A DNA stretch of 64,000 nucleotides from Sedimentisphaerales bacterium. Lineage in GTDB: Bacteria > Planctomycetota > Phycisphaerae > Sedimentisphaerales > SM23-30. The notes under the pieces are model-generated. The model was not told the origin of the DNA, ran no database searches, and was given only the letters and a program-made list of their open reading frames with translations. The first letter of the stretch is position 1, and every line of letters begins with the position of its first letter. Shown one piece after another: positions 1-9,793 of the stretch. A program made the translations under genes and the position numbers. Where the stretch lies: NCBI GenBank assembly GCA_963666285.1, contig OY762711.1. One strand, 5' to 3'.

Positions 1-337
1 TACGGATACCAAACGTTTCATCTCTCTCTATGATCTCACACGTTGGGACATTTTTAAACTTGTTATAAATAAACTCACTGGCAAAATGGTTTTTTATTAC
101 TTTATCCTCGGCAATACCCATCTGGGTTTCTTCGGCAGCGGCCTTCGCTAATGGAATTCTCATGGAGTTTGCTGCCATCGCCGCCTCCTTGAATATGGTA
201 TCTACCTGCTGCTGGTTGAACTTGGAATATTCCTTCTGGGCCTTCCGAACCCTGGCGACCAGTTCAGCCAGTTTTTCGGTTACGGTTGGTTCGGCTGCCT
301 TCTCTTTCTTTTTTGTTAATGTCTTTGCTGTTGTCAT
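1..337 (-). CDS. adhE: Bifunctional acetaldehyde-CoA/alcohol dehydrogenase, N-terminal part (runs off the window)
   Basis: Manual translation, not in the ORF track: MTTAKTLTKK...LVARVRKAQKEYSKFNQQQVDTIFKEAAMAANSMRIPLAKAAAEETQMGIAEDKVIKNHFASEFIYNKFK, matching the AdhE N-terminus. RBS AGGAGAG upstream. Confidence 0.9.
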   Translation of the reverse strand, partial: MTTAKTLTKKKEKAAEPTVTEKLAELVARVRKAQKEYSKFNQQQVDTIFKEAAMAANSMRIPLAKAAAEETQMGIAEDKVIKNHFASEFIYNKFKNVPTCEIIERDETFGIR

Positions 338-653
338 AATATACTCTCCTGTTAAAAAAATCTATCTACTCTATGAAACAATCTAATCGTTATTTCTATA
401 TCAATAATAATATACCAACGGCGAACTGTCAATCTATTTGATAAAAAGATATCGATATATTTTTACCGATTAATGAAAGGGTACGTATAATTACTTATAA
501 AAAAACAACTTAAAAAATAGAGAAATTTTTGACAATTTTTTAATTTTCTCGACATATATAACTATGGGCAAATATAAAATCAACCCTAAAGCTTGAAAGA
601 CCGATAATTAAAAATCGTATAAGTAGATAAAAAATAAAGATTTATATAACGAA

Positions 654-1682
654 TTACTTTCTGCTGCCATTAAAGAATTCCGGATATATATCCATATTCT
701 TATTAGCTGCCCCACTTCTATCAAACAGATTACCCCAGCGAGGTGAAGTTGCTTCCCAGATAAAAGTTCCCCAACCATTCTCGTTTGGAAGACCTCTGAC
801 AATTTCATTGACCTCTTTTCTGTAATATTGATATTCAACTACAATTATGGGCTTCTTATAGCGGTCGGCTAAATCGGTCAAATTGCTCTTTAGATCTTCA
901 AGTGTGCCATGGTGTTCCGGGTAATATGACTGGCCAATTACGTCAAATTCTATCCCGTGCTTTTTGATCATATCAAAAAAACTGATAGAACTTTCCTTCT
1001 GGCCTCCCTTGGCAATATGCACCATTATTTTTATACCAGGGTCGGCATCTCGAACACCGGCAATAGCCCGCCGCAGCAGATTACAAAATGTATCCGTTGA
1101 TTTTCCCATTTTCCCCTGTGGCCAGAGCATACCATTATGAATTTCATTTCCGGTCTGCACCATATCCGGCTTCACCCCCTCTGCAATAAACCGCTTAATC
1201 ACATCATTGGTATACTCGTATATTTTTGACTCAAGTTCTGCATCGCTAAGATTCTTCCACCCGGACGGCGTAAACTGCTTGCCCGGATCGGCCCAGGTAT
1301 CGCTGTAGTGAAAATCGAGCAGAAACTTCATCCCGACAGCCTTAACACGTTTGGCCATTACTATGGTATGTTCCAGATCGCAATACCCCTGTTTCGAATA
1401 GCCATTTTCTGCTTTGGGATCAACAAACAAACGCAGCCTAATCCAGTTGAATTTATTATCTGCCAGTATCTGCAGGGCGTCTTTTTTCTCTCCGCCATCC
1501 GAAAAAACCATCCCCCTATCTTCCTGAGATTGAAGCCAGGAAACATCTGCCCCTATAATCGGCCTGGCACATTTCACATTATCACCCTGCTTTTCCTCAC
1601 GGTCAACCTGCCGGGCATAAATAAATGAAACAATAAACACCAGCACCAGAAAACTACGCCATTTATTTCCTGCATTTAGCAT
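654..1682 (-). CDS. GH53 arabinogalactan endo-beta-1,4-galactanase, secreted
   Basis: GADVSW, NWIRLRLFVDP, LLDFHYSDTWADPGKQ, VQTGNEI (acid/base) and IIVVE (nucleophile) motifs; hydrophobic N-terminus. Confidence 0.92.
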   Translation of the reverse strand: MLNAGNKWRSFLVLVFIVSFIYARQVDREEKQGDNVKCARPIIGADVSWLQSQEDRGMVFSDGGEKKDALQILADNKFNWIRLRLFVDPKAENGYSKQGYCDLEHTIVMAKRVKAVGMKFLLDFHYSDTWADPGKQFTPSGWKNLSDAELESKIYEYTNDVIKRFIAEGVKPDMVQTGNEIHNGMLWPQGKMGKSTDTFCNLLRRAIAGVRDADPGIKIMVHIAKGGQKESSISFFDMIKKHGIEFDVIGQSYYPEHHGTLEDLKSNLTDLADRYKKPIIVVEYQYYRKEVNEIVRGLPNENGWGTFIWEATSPRWGNLFDRSGAANKNMDIYPEFFNGSRK

Positions 1683-1786
1683 AATAACATTCCTTTATCA
1701 TACAACTCAAGATATCTCCATATTGATTCTACTCCATTTTGCATGGAAATTCCCTGCTTTGCAACAAATAATAGATCACAATCCAT

Positions 1787-1820
1787 AAAAAAAACCGGAA
1801 CCTCTTTTGAGATTCCGGCT
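1787..1820 (-). terminator. Intrinsic terminator between the LamG gene and GH53
   Basis: ccggaa...ttccgg stem next to an A8 tract (U-tract on the minus strand). Confidence 0.6.
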
Positions 1821-1851
1821 TCACATACAATTATAAAATTTTCAGCTAAAA

Positions 1852-4089
1852 CTACTGAGCCGGATAAAAACCGTCATTCAGCCAGTTAGCTGCAAATGCA
1901 GCAAAGTCCATAATATCAATCCTGCAATAGGAGGAACCAGAATTAACTACATTGAATATATCACCATCGAAACTTCCCATACAGGCAGGATTACCTGTCA
2001 TATCAAAGTATTCCTGGCCGATATCTTCTGGAGTAATCTGATAGTTATAAACTCTCAGGGCATCAATCTTGCCATCAAAATAATTACCTGTTTCAAATGC
2101 GCCGATTATGGTGTCGTTAGTCCATAAGCTGAACTCGTTCGGCGTACAGCTTCCGGAAGCTACCAGGCTACCGTCTACATATGAATAAATCGAACCATTC
2201 ATATCCCAGGTAACTGCCAGCATATGCCACTGGTCATCCCCTGCCATATTAAATTTATCGCCATCATAAGTTGGTCGCCATGACTGCCAGTAAACCAGGC
2301 CTTCCTGATCTCCCCACTCATATGACTGCAAATTAGTATAAGTAGCAGGATCATCAGATTCTATAGCCAGCTGGAACTGGGTAACTGGCCAGCCGGTATT
2401 TGTGTTAGCCAAAATAGCACCTTGAGTTACAGGAGCTGAGTTTAGCTTCACCCAACATGTTACTGAGCCAACATCCAAACCGCCGCCTATGCCGCCAACT
2501 GCGTCAAGACCGGCATTGGGATAACCTCCGCCAACATAAACATCATCTTCTGTACTTTCGTCATCTTCGCCATAAATTGTATAACCTTCTATCTGTACAT
2601 ACTGATCTACACCATTCAGAACGAGAGCGGAAGAACCTTCGATACTGTCACCGGATACTGCTGCTGCTCCATTTACCCCTGTACCGTTATTGCCTTCGCC
2701 ACTACTGTCATTCAGATTACCCTCGAACAGATATTCTGCGACTTTTCGTTCGATAACACAACCGACAATATCAGAATACAAGTCAGGATCGGTTCCGCCA
2801 TCAGATATTGTTGAAGCATTTGAAACTCTACAGTAGAAGTAAGCCTGGTAAGCCTTATGATACAAACCTATAGTAAGCGTATCAGTATTGCCGCCGGAAC
2901 CCGATCCTATTTGAGTATCACCTTCATCAATAACACTATCAAGAGAATAGTACCATTGGTAATGAGGGGTCGAAGCACTTGACACTTCAATTGTAAACGT
3001 TGGATTTGGCCCGCCAATAGGGAATCTTGCACTAACCGGCTGAGTAATAATTTCAGGTGCCAGACTTAATGCGTTAAAGTCCCAGGTTGTACTGCGGATA
3101 TTGCCTTCTGCCAAATCGTCGATTGTGCTGACATTTTCGATTAAAGTCTGCTCGAAACCATCTATCGCTTCTGCTACTATCCACTGGTATTTGGTATTGC
3201 TTGGAATAGTAATCGGGCCAAACTGCGATGCAGGGTCAGTCAACCCGGGATCTTCACCGGTTTTACCAATATAATATATATTTGGATCTTCAAGGTTACC
3301 GCTTGTCAGAAATACATACTGATCAACAATATCAGGGAGAATCGGATATGTACTATCATTCGGGTCATTTCCTGCCATCCAGTGGAAAGTTACATCAACA
3401 TACATTGGATCTGCATTAAACACCTGCTCAACTGATGGATCGTATGCGGCATATTCACTAATAGGCCCTTCTGGATAAATCCAGACATTATCAATATATA
3501 CTGTAGCAGCAGAGCCTTCAACTGTATTAAAACCAAAACCAAAATTAGCACCCCAGCCATCAGCATCAATAGAAGCCTGAAAGGCCTCTTTCATTGCATC
3601 ATGAACCTCAAAATAATACGTGTGAGGTACTCCGTCAGTTATCAAAAACTGCCAAAGCTGATAATCCCAGCTGCTTTCGCCATTACTTGTACTATGAAAC
3701 AAACCTATCTGAGATTCGCCACTTGATCCTGGCACATCTGCATCAAAAGCAGTTACATCTACAGCAATAACAGATTTTTCTGCTACGACAGCCAGGGCAG
3801 TTGCCCATTTTTCTTCCTGGGTAGTTCCTCCATAATCTTTTGTCGCTGTAGCACCACCCCAACCCCAAACGCCTGCTGGAATCGAAATTTTCAATGAATG
3901 GGTACCTCGGGTAACTCCTTTTGTTGTATCATCAACAAAAACAGTATCAGTTCCAAGTTCCCACCAGTTATCATACCTGTTATCATCACCTGTTTTGCCA
4001 TTTTCAAAATCGCCTACCAGTACAGGCTCCAAAGCTGCAAAACTGCAGGAAGCAAAAACGGCAATAATTACCAACAATAATCGTTTCAT
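1852..4089 (-). CDS. Secreted multidomain protein: CBM-like beta-sandwich, Ig-like domain, LamG jelly-roll, C-terminal dockerin-like motif
   Basis: Signal peptide MKRLLLVIIAVFASCSFA (start moved to ATG 4089 with RBS); PEIITQP..YQWY..YCRV (Ig); WHMLAVTWD..YVDG..FDGKIDALRVYN (LamG); IDIMDFAAFAANWL. Confidence 0.8.
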   Translation of the reverse strand: MKRLLLVIIAVFASCSFAALEPVLVGDFENGKTGDDNRYDNWWELGTDTVFVDDTTKGVTRGTHSLKISIPAGVWGWGGATATKDYGGTTQEEKWATALAVVAEKSVIAVDVTAFDADVPGSSGESQIGLFHSTSNGESSWDYQLWQFLITDGVPHTYYFEVHDAMKEAFQASIDADGWGANFGFGFNTVEGSAATVYIDNVWIYPEGPISEYAAYDPSVEQVFNADPMYVDVTFHWMAGNDPNDSTYPILPDIVDQYVFLTSGNLEDPNIYYIGKTGEDPGLTDPASQFGPITIPSNTKYQWIVAEAIDGFEQTLIENVSTIDDLAEGNIRSTTWDFNALSLAPEIITQPVSARFPIGGPNPTFTIEVSSASTPHYQWYYSLDSVIDEGDTQIGSGSGGNTDTLTIGLYHKAYQAYFYCRVSNASTISDGGTDPDLYSDIVGCVIERKVAEYLFEGNLNDSSGEGNNGTGVNGAAAVSGDSIEGSSALVLNGVDQYVQIEGYTIYGEDDESTEDDVYVGGGYPNAGLDAVGGIGGGLDVGSVTCWVKLNSAPVTQGAILANTNTGWPVTQFQLAIESDDPATYTNLQSYEWGDQEGLVYWQSWRPTYDGDKFNMAGDDQWHMLAVTWDMNGSIYSYVDGSLVASGSCTPNEFSLWTNDTIIGAFETGNYFDGKIDALRVYNYQITPEDIGQEYFDMTGNPACMGSFDGDIFNVVNSGSSYCRIDIMDFAAFAANWLNDGFYPAQ

Positions 4090-4192
4090 TTTAATTGCCT
4101 CTCTCAAAGAAAAATTAATAAACACTACGACACAATTCAATAAGACATGCATACAGAAATCTTATAAAAACAAATTTTGGCTGGAAAAATAT

Positions 4193-4225
4193 AGGCAGCC
4201 CGCAATTACAATGCAGACTGCCTTT
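4193..4225 (-). terminator. Stem-loop between the PEP-CTERM and LamG genes
   Basis: aggcag.c.gca / tgc.g.ctgcct inverted repeat. Confidence 0.45.
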
Positions 4226-4236
4226 CATATTTAATT

Positions 4237-4899
4237 TTAACTGCGTTTTCTGATAAGAGCCAGGCCGCCAAGGCTCAACATTACCATTGTTGCCGGTTCT
4301 GGAACTATCTGAACATTGTCAATATAATAGGTTATCTCACCATCAAATACTTTAACGGTACCTGAAATATCATCATAAACTGTTCCTGCTGAATTGCCAA
4401 TAAAACCAACGTTTAGCCAGCTTCCTTCTTCAACTGCTAAAACGTTAGCCATACCGTCTGCAGTAAGATCAAATGTTACTGTTTGTGTCTGGCCAAGTAC
4501 CAGATCCTGCCAGCCATAAGAATTCCATTCTACTCCCGAATTAATCAGAAGACCTAGCTGACACCATTCTGCTGTTTCTTCAGTGGCTATAGGAGTAACA
4601 TCTATTATTACCTGGCCATAGGTGCCTAATGTTGACTGCAAAGCTGTGTCAATATCAAATAGACCTACTTCGGCAATTTCAACCCATCCGCCATTTGCAA
4701 TTACACCTTTCATAGAATAATCGCCTAGAGTAGCATATTCTTCTACTGACGTAGCTGAATCTCCTGCATTCCACGCTGCTCCATACCAGGGAGATATATC
4801 GCCGCCTTCAAAATCGCCAATTACAACATTACCATAACCGGCAGATACCATCAAACCGAGACACATAAGCAAAACAACTTTAAATCCTATTTTACTCAT
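4237..4899 (-). CDS. PEP-CTERM sorting domain protein
   Basis: Signal peptide; C-terminal VPEPATMVMLSLGGLALIRKRS; RBS AGGAGG. Confidence 0.92.
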   Translation of the reverse strand: MSKIGFKVVLLMCLGLMVSAGYGNVVIGDFEGGDISPWYGAAWNAGDSATSVEEYATLGDYSMKGVIANGGWVEIAEVGLFDIDTALQSTLGTYGQVIIDVTPIATEETAEWCQLGLLINSGVEWNSYGWQDLVLGQTQTVTFDLTADGMANVLAVEEGSWLNVGFIGNSAGTVYDDISGTVKVFDGEITYYIDNVQIVPEPATMVMLSLGGLALIRKRS

Positions 4900-5084
4900 C
4901 CTATAAACCTCCTAAAAATAAAGTGTTAAAAAAAATACGCATAGAATTGCAAATAAACATTCATAGATATACCATTATTCTAATGACACCTGACTGCTTT
5001 TAGAACGCCAAATTTGTCATATTTTCCGCCAATTAATACACATATTACTTGAATTAGCCATTATTGATAAGTTATAATAATACA

Positions 5085-6266
5085 ATGAATAAGAGTTATA
5101 AAGTCGCGTTATTACTTGACACTTCCCGTCATTATGGCAGAAAATTAACCGAAGGTATTATCCGGTATTCTCAGTTATATGGACCATGGTCTTTTTACAT
5201 TGACGACCAGTTTTACTTGAACTGGCCTTCTAAAAACAACCTGTCTTACTTAAAAAAATGGGGAGTTAGCGGCATAATAACGCGAGACTTTCAGGAAGCC
5301 AATCATCTGCTGGAACTGGAAGTGCCTATTATTACCGCAAGAAATCACGGATACTTAGAGACACCTGTCCAAATCCGAACCGCTGATTCCAGGATCGGTT
5401 TTATGGCTTTTAATTTTTTCTGGAATAAAGGCTTAAAAGAATTCGCATTTTGCGGATTCTCCAATATGCCGTGGTCTGAAAAAAGACAGAAAGGCTATCT
5501 AAAAGCAGCAAAGGACCTCGTATCAAAACCTGAAATTTTTAACTCACCTTCTTCCAACAGAATGCTGCAAAGAAATAAAGAATATACAAATCTTGCCGAA
5601 TGGTTAAAACAATTGCCGAAACCGATTGGCATCTTCTGCTGCAATGATGACAGGGGATACGATGTAATTGAATGCTGCCGCCAGGCAAACCTGAAAGTGC
5701 CATACGAAATCGCCGTTCTCGGTGCTGACAATGACAGCCTTGTCTGCAACCTGTCAAACCCAAAACTGTCAAGCATACTGATTGATGTTGAGCAGGCAGG
5801 CTATGAAACCGCAACGAATCTTCACAAACTCATGAACGGTGAAAACGTAAGCGACTGTGATATTATTGCAAGACCGATCAATATCTCGGAAAGACACTCT
5901 ACTGATATTATGGCTATCGAAGATATTTCGGTCAAATCTGCCCTGCAGTTTATCCAGGAACAGGGCCAGAAACTCATACAAACCGAAGACGTAGCCTCTT
6001 TTGTCGGAATCTCGCGAAGAAGCCTGGAGTGCAGGTTTCAAAAGGCACTTGGCCATTCTGTGTTTGCCGAGATACGCCGCAACAGAATCGAAAAAATATG
6101 CAAACTGCTGATCGATACCGATCTCGCTATTTCAGAAATTGCTCTTCTGCTTGGCTATAACGACTCAGATCATATCGCACGCTTTTTCAAAAAAGAAAAA
6201 GAAATGACACCAAAACAGTTTAGAAATCTTCACGGCATGAAAAAGCATCTCGATAAAGACATATAA
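5085..6266 (+). CDS. XylR-type transcriptional regulator (periplasmic-binding-protein-like sensor plus AraC HTH)
   Basis: KVALLL..YGRKL.EGI, LPKPIGIFCCNDD.G, VPYEIAVLGADND; C-terminal AraC HTH. Confidence 0.9.
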   Translation: MNKSYKVALLLDTSRHYGRKLTEGIIRYSQLYGPWSFYIDDQFYLNWPSKNNLSYLKKWGVSGIITRDFQEANHLLELEVPIITARNHGYLETPVQIRTADSRIGFMAFNFFWNKGLKEFAFCGFSNMPWSEKRQKGYLKAAKDLVSKPEIFNSPSSNRMLQRNKEYTNLAEWLKQLPKPIGIFCCNDDRGYDVIECCRQANLKVPYEIAVLGADNDSLVCNLSNPKLSSILIDVEQAGYETATNLHKLMNGENVSDCDIIARPINISERHSTDIMAIEDISVKSALQFIQEQGQKLIQTEDVASFVGISRRSLECRFQKALGHSVFAEIRRNRIEKICKLLIDTDLAISEIALLLGYNDSDHIARFFKKEKEMTPKQFRNLHGMKKHLDKDI

Positions 6267-6283
6267 AACGCACTTGGAGCACT

Positions 6284-7216
6284 TTAATATTGCTCGTATA
6301 TCTGCTGTTTACGGTAGTGGTCAGGCGCTATCCCTACAGTCTTTTTGAAAAGCCGGGAAAAATAAAATTCATCACAAAAACCAACTTGGTGAGCGATGCC
6401 GTAAAGTGTTTCATCAGTACCAAGTAACAATTCTTGTGCTTTTTCGATCCGCCGCTTGTTGATAAACTGTAATGGCGGTATCCCCATTAGCTTACGAAAC
6501 AAATTGGAAAAGTAGGTTGGATTCAAATTGGCTAGTTTTGCCAGTTCCGGAATTGTAATTGGTTCTTCCAGGTGATCCTGTATATATTCAAATACTTTAT
6601 CGAAACGCTTCAGGCCGTGCAATGTATTTTGAACCTGTAAAAAACTGTGGTCTGACAAAAATGCAGACAGAAGCATACGGATAATCGCATTTGACTCGAG
6701 CAGATTTCCGGGCGATTTACCCTTGTCAAGATGGGCGGCTCTGTCAAAAACCTGGGTATAGATCGGTTTGTTCGCATCATAATCCACAAGCTCTTTACCT
6801 GGATTTAGCTGCAAAAGCCGTTCAAAAAGATGCTTCCCAATTGAATTGTCGCTTTCGTCTACCTGGTAGCTGCACTGGAATAACGAAAGAATGTCCAGCC
6901 CGGTTTGAAGCCTGGAGGTGAAATGCACGTAAAAATGTGTAAAGTGTTCCGGACAGAATAAGTTCACCGTTGTATAGCATGGTACCAGGTAGATACTGCC
7001 CGGCACAAGCTCAAATTCGCGTTCATGATGGCGAATTACACCATATCCCTCCGTTATATAGTAAATCCTTGAATATGGGTTACTTATCTTTTGATAGTTC
7101 CATTCTTCACCAACTGTATACAGCTCTATGTTCAGAATGGTTATATCAAGAAAATCTATTATATTCTTTAGGCCTATCATAAACTCAACTATAGCATTAA
7201 TCTGTAAAATGTCCAT
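6284..7216 (-). CDS. AraC family transcriptional regulator
   Basis: Cupin-like N-terminus; LAKLANLNPTYFSNLFRK...GFCDEFYFSRLFKKTVGIAP. Confidence 0.9.
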   Translation of the reverse strand: MDILQINAIVEFMIGLKNIIDFLDITILNIELYTVGEEWNYQKISNPYSRIYYITEGYGVIRHHEREFELVPGSIYLVPCYTTVNLFCPEHFTHFYVHFTSRLQTGLDILSLFQCSYQVDESDNSIGKHLFERLLQLNPGKELVDYDANKPIYTQVFDRAAHLDKGKSPGNLLESNAIIRMLLSAFLSDHSFLQVQNTLHGLKRFDKVFEYIQDHLEEPITIPELAKLANLNPTYFSNLFRKLMGIPPLQFINKRRIEKAQELLLGTDETLYGIAHQVGFCDEFYFSRLFKKTVGIAPDHYRKQQIYEQY

Positions 7217-7763
7217 GACATTCTGTAAATCATATATGTTTCTTGTTTGAATCTATTTGTATAATAACTGCTTACTTCTAATGTTATTAACTATGCTCGT
7301 TATCAAAGGTACATGGAAATAAATATCAGTAAACTAATATTTATAAGTCTGAGTTATATTAATAATAGTAATTACTAAACTTTTGTGTTCTGGAGGTCAT
7401 CGTGCGAATTAAAAAATTAACAAATGGTTTCACTCTGATTGAGTTATTGGTGGTTATTTCAATTATTGCTCTTCTGGTTAGTATTCTTATGCCCGCTTTA
7501 AATAAAGCCAAACAGCAGGCATATATCTCTGTCTGCACATCAAATGAGAAGCAAATACTTACTGCATGGATAATGTATGCAGATGCTAATGAAGACAACC
7601 TGGTAAACCCGTTTACAAATGCGATAGTTGCAAATTGGAATCCTACCAACGATAAAGATCATTGGGTAGGTTCACCTATCAATGATAACGGAAATTCTTT
7701 TGATTCTTATAGTGCAAGTACAGAAGAAGAAAAAATTCGAGGAATTAAAGTTGGTGCCCTCTA

Positions 7764-9190
7764 GTAAACTTTCGCATTTTTTATAGTGTATTTAAGCCGC
7801 TGGAGCCAGAGCATCCAGCAGAAACGTATATTTTTTATCATGAACGGCCGAATTACCGAACATATATTTAATTCTTTCACTCCAAAGTTCCCTTCGGAGG
7901 TCAGCGATAGCATCGGCGAAGCTCGGAGTCTCTTTGTGTTGATACCATGGCTGAACAAAGAAGTATTGTTCATTGGGTTTCTTGGTCAGATACCTCAACC
8001 AGACCATCGAGTACAGCCAGAGTCCAAGACCAGCGGCTCTTTCTGGTCCTTTGCCCTTATATGTCTGCAGCTGTTGAACACCGAGCAGCTGTTTAGTGTT
8101 CTTGAACGTATCTTCAATAGCCCAGCGATCGGCATAACAGGTCAAAACTTCCTCAGGCGCCATAGTAATATCTGTCGTAAAGAAAAAGTCATCTTTTTCC
8201 TTACCTTCAGGGTCTCTACATATAACAACAAGGATTGGTTTGCGAGTTACCTTATACCAGAGAGCAATACGAGTATAAACCAGCCTTTCAATAATCGTAC
8301 CTCTCTGACTAAACTCAACTGTTCTCCAATTTCTGATATGGGCAGCCATTTTTTCCAACTTAGCCAGTTTTTGCCCTCTACAGCGAGGTCTGCCACGGGT
8401 TTTCTCTTTAACTTTAGGCGGCAGCTCAAACAGATCGGCATTACGCCTGATTCGAGAGATAATGGTAACATTCTCAAGATTCTTTCCAGCCAGAGTAGCA
8501 TAAAACCCGTCTGCTACAAGCCTTATACGCCTGTTTGGAAGCCATTGGCATATTTCATTAATGATTTGTACCGCCAGTTCAATCAAGGATTCTTCTCCTT
8601 TGCGATGCAACCGCATATTGACCGGCAGTGCCAGAGGTTCGCCACCCCAAGATGGTTGAATTTGCAGACACGTTACTACCAAATTCAAACCCCAGGCATA
8701 TACTATTCTTTTCTTGGTAGAACGAACGGCATCTCTCCAGAATCCGGCTCCATGGACTTTTGGACCGCTTCGATGAAACAGGGTGTCGTCCATGGACAGA
8801 GTGATTGTTCCTTTGGGACAGAATCTTTGAACCATAATCAGGGTGAGCATCTTCCACATCCGGCTCAGAGACCAGCGGCAATCTGGAAAGAAACGATGAT
8901 ATGCATCGTGAGCTCGTTCGCCCAGCGGGTCTGCGTAGGGTATTATGCCTGTTATCGTGCGGCGAGTAGTGCACAATATCCAACCAATTACCACCCGGCA
9001 GAAGATTTGTGCCCCCGGCTCTGTAAAAATTGGAAAAAATTGTTGAATAAATTGCGTCCATGTCGAATAATATTGATAGTACATATCGGCCTCCGTGTCC
9101 TATTGTTATCAATCATTAAAGACATCGGATCGCCGATATTTTTTTGTTTATATTTTCAAATTTTAACCCTCAAAAAGTGCGAAAGTTTAC
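7764..9190 (-). mobile_element. Insertion sequence (IS701/IS4-like DDE), 1427 bp, 5-bp TSD CTCTA
   Basis: TIRs GTAAACTTTCGCATTTTT (7764) and AAAAAGTGCGAAAGTTTAC (ends 9190); CTCTA at 7759-7763 and 9191-9195. Confidence 0.93.
7792..9084 (-). CDS. DDE transposase (IS701-like)
   Basis: MDDT, VADGFY, Y..RWAIEDTFKNTKQ.LG motifs; lies inside the TIRs. Confidence 0.88.
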   Translation of the reverse strand: MYYQYYSTWTQFIQQFFPIFTEPGAQIFCRVVIGWILCTTRRTITGIIPYADPLGERAHDAYHRFFPDCRWSLSRMWKMLTLIMVQRFCPKGTITLSMDDTLFHRSGPKVHGAGFWRDAVRSTKKRIVYAWGLNLVVTCLQIQPSWGGEPLALPVNMRLHRKGEESLIELAVQIINEICQWLPNRRIRLVADGFYATLAGKNLENVTIISRIRRNADLFELPPKVKEKTRGRPRCRGQKLAKLEKMAAHIRNWRTVEFSQRGTIIERLVYTRIALWYKVTRKPILVVICRDPEGKEKDDFFFTTDITMAPEEVLTCYADRWAIEDTFKNTKQLLGVQQLQTYKGKGPERAAGLGLWLYSMVWLRYLTKKPNEQYFFVQPWYQHKETPSFADAIADLRRELWSERIKYMFGNSAVHDKKYTFLLDALAPAA

Positions 9191-9793
9191 CTCTACAAAT
9201 ATTACAAAAATCCTGAGTTGCTTCATTGTCCGGCAGACAGAAGGTCTATGAAGGCTCCAACCAGCTCTAATGTAAACAGCGGTGTCGGGGGATATCGGAC
9301 CTATTCTTTTATTCACCATGTTGGCGGAGCTGTGTATAATAATTCTAACTGGCTGACACATGAAGGTTTATACAAAAAACACGCTCAGATCAGACATCCA
9401 AGTGAAAAGTTCGTAATGGTAGAAGAAAATGACAATCGCTGTATGAACCAGGGATCTTGGGTAATGGGACTTGCTCAAGGGACTTTAGTTGATCCCTTTG
9501 CCGTTTTTCATAATATGCGAAGTGATCTGGGTTTTGCCGATGGGCATATAGAGTCCATTGGATGGAAAGATAAAAGAACTGAAGAGCATTCACAGGCTAT
9601 CACTGACGGTACTGGTAGTTTTGCTGCCGGGCCATTTAATCCGATCAACGAGGATATTAATTGGCTGATACAGCATTATGCAAAACAAAAATAATTCAAA
9701 ATCTTAAAAATATGAAATATATAACTCAAAATGGCCGTTGTTTTTTTGAGGAAAGTGATTGACATCGTAGATAAGTATTTAAGGAAATTCATT

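Larger units (their letters stand above)
7402..9694 (+). pseudogene. Prepilin-type N-terminal cleavage/H-X9-DG (DUF1559-like) protein gene, split by an IS
   Basis: 5' part [25 protein letters not shown]; 3' part HCPAD...HNMRSDLGFADGH. Removing the IS and one TSD restores a 286-aa frame (..GALYKYYKNPELLHCPAD..). Confidence 0.92.

Noticed and set aside
162..386. 74-aa plus-strand ORF
   Set aside because: Antisense shadow of adhE
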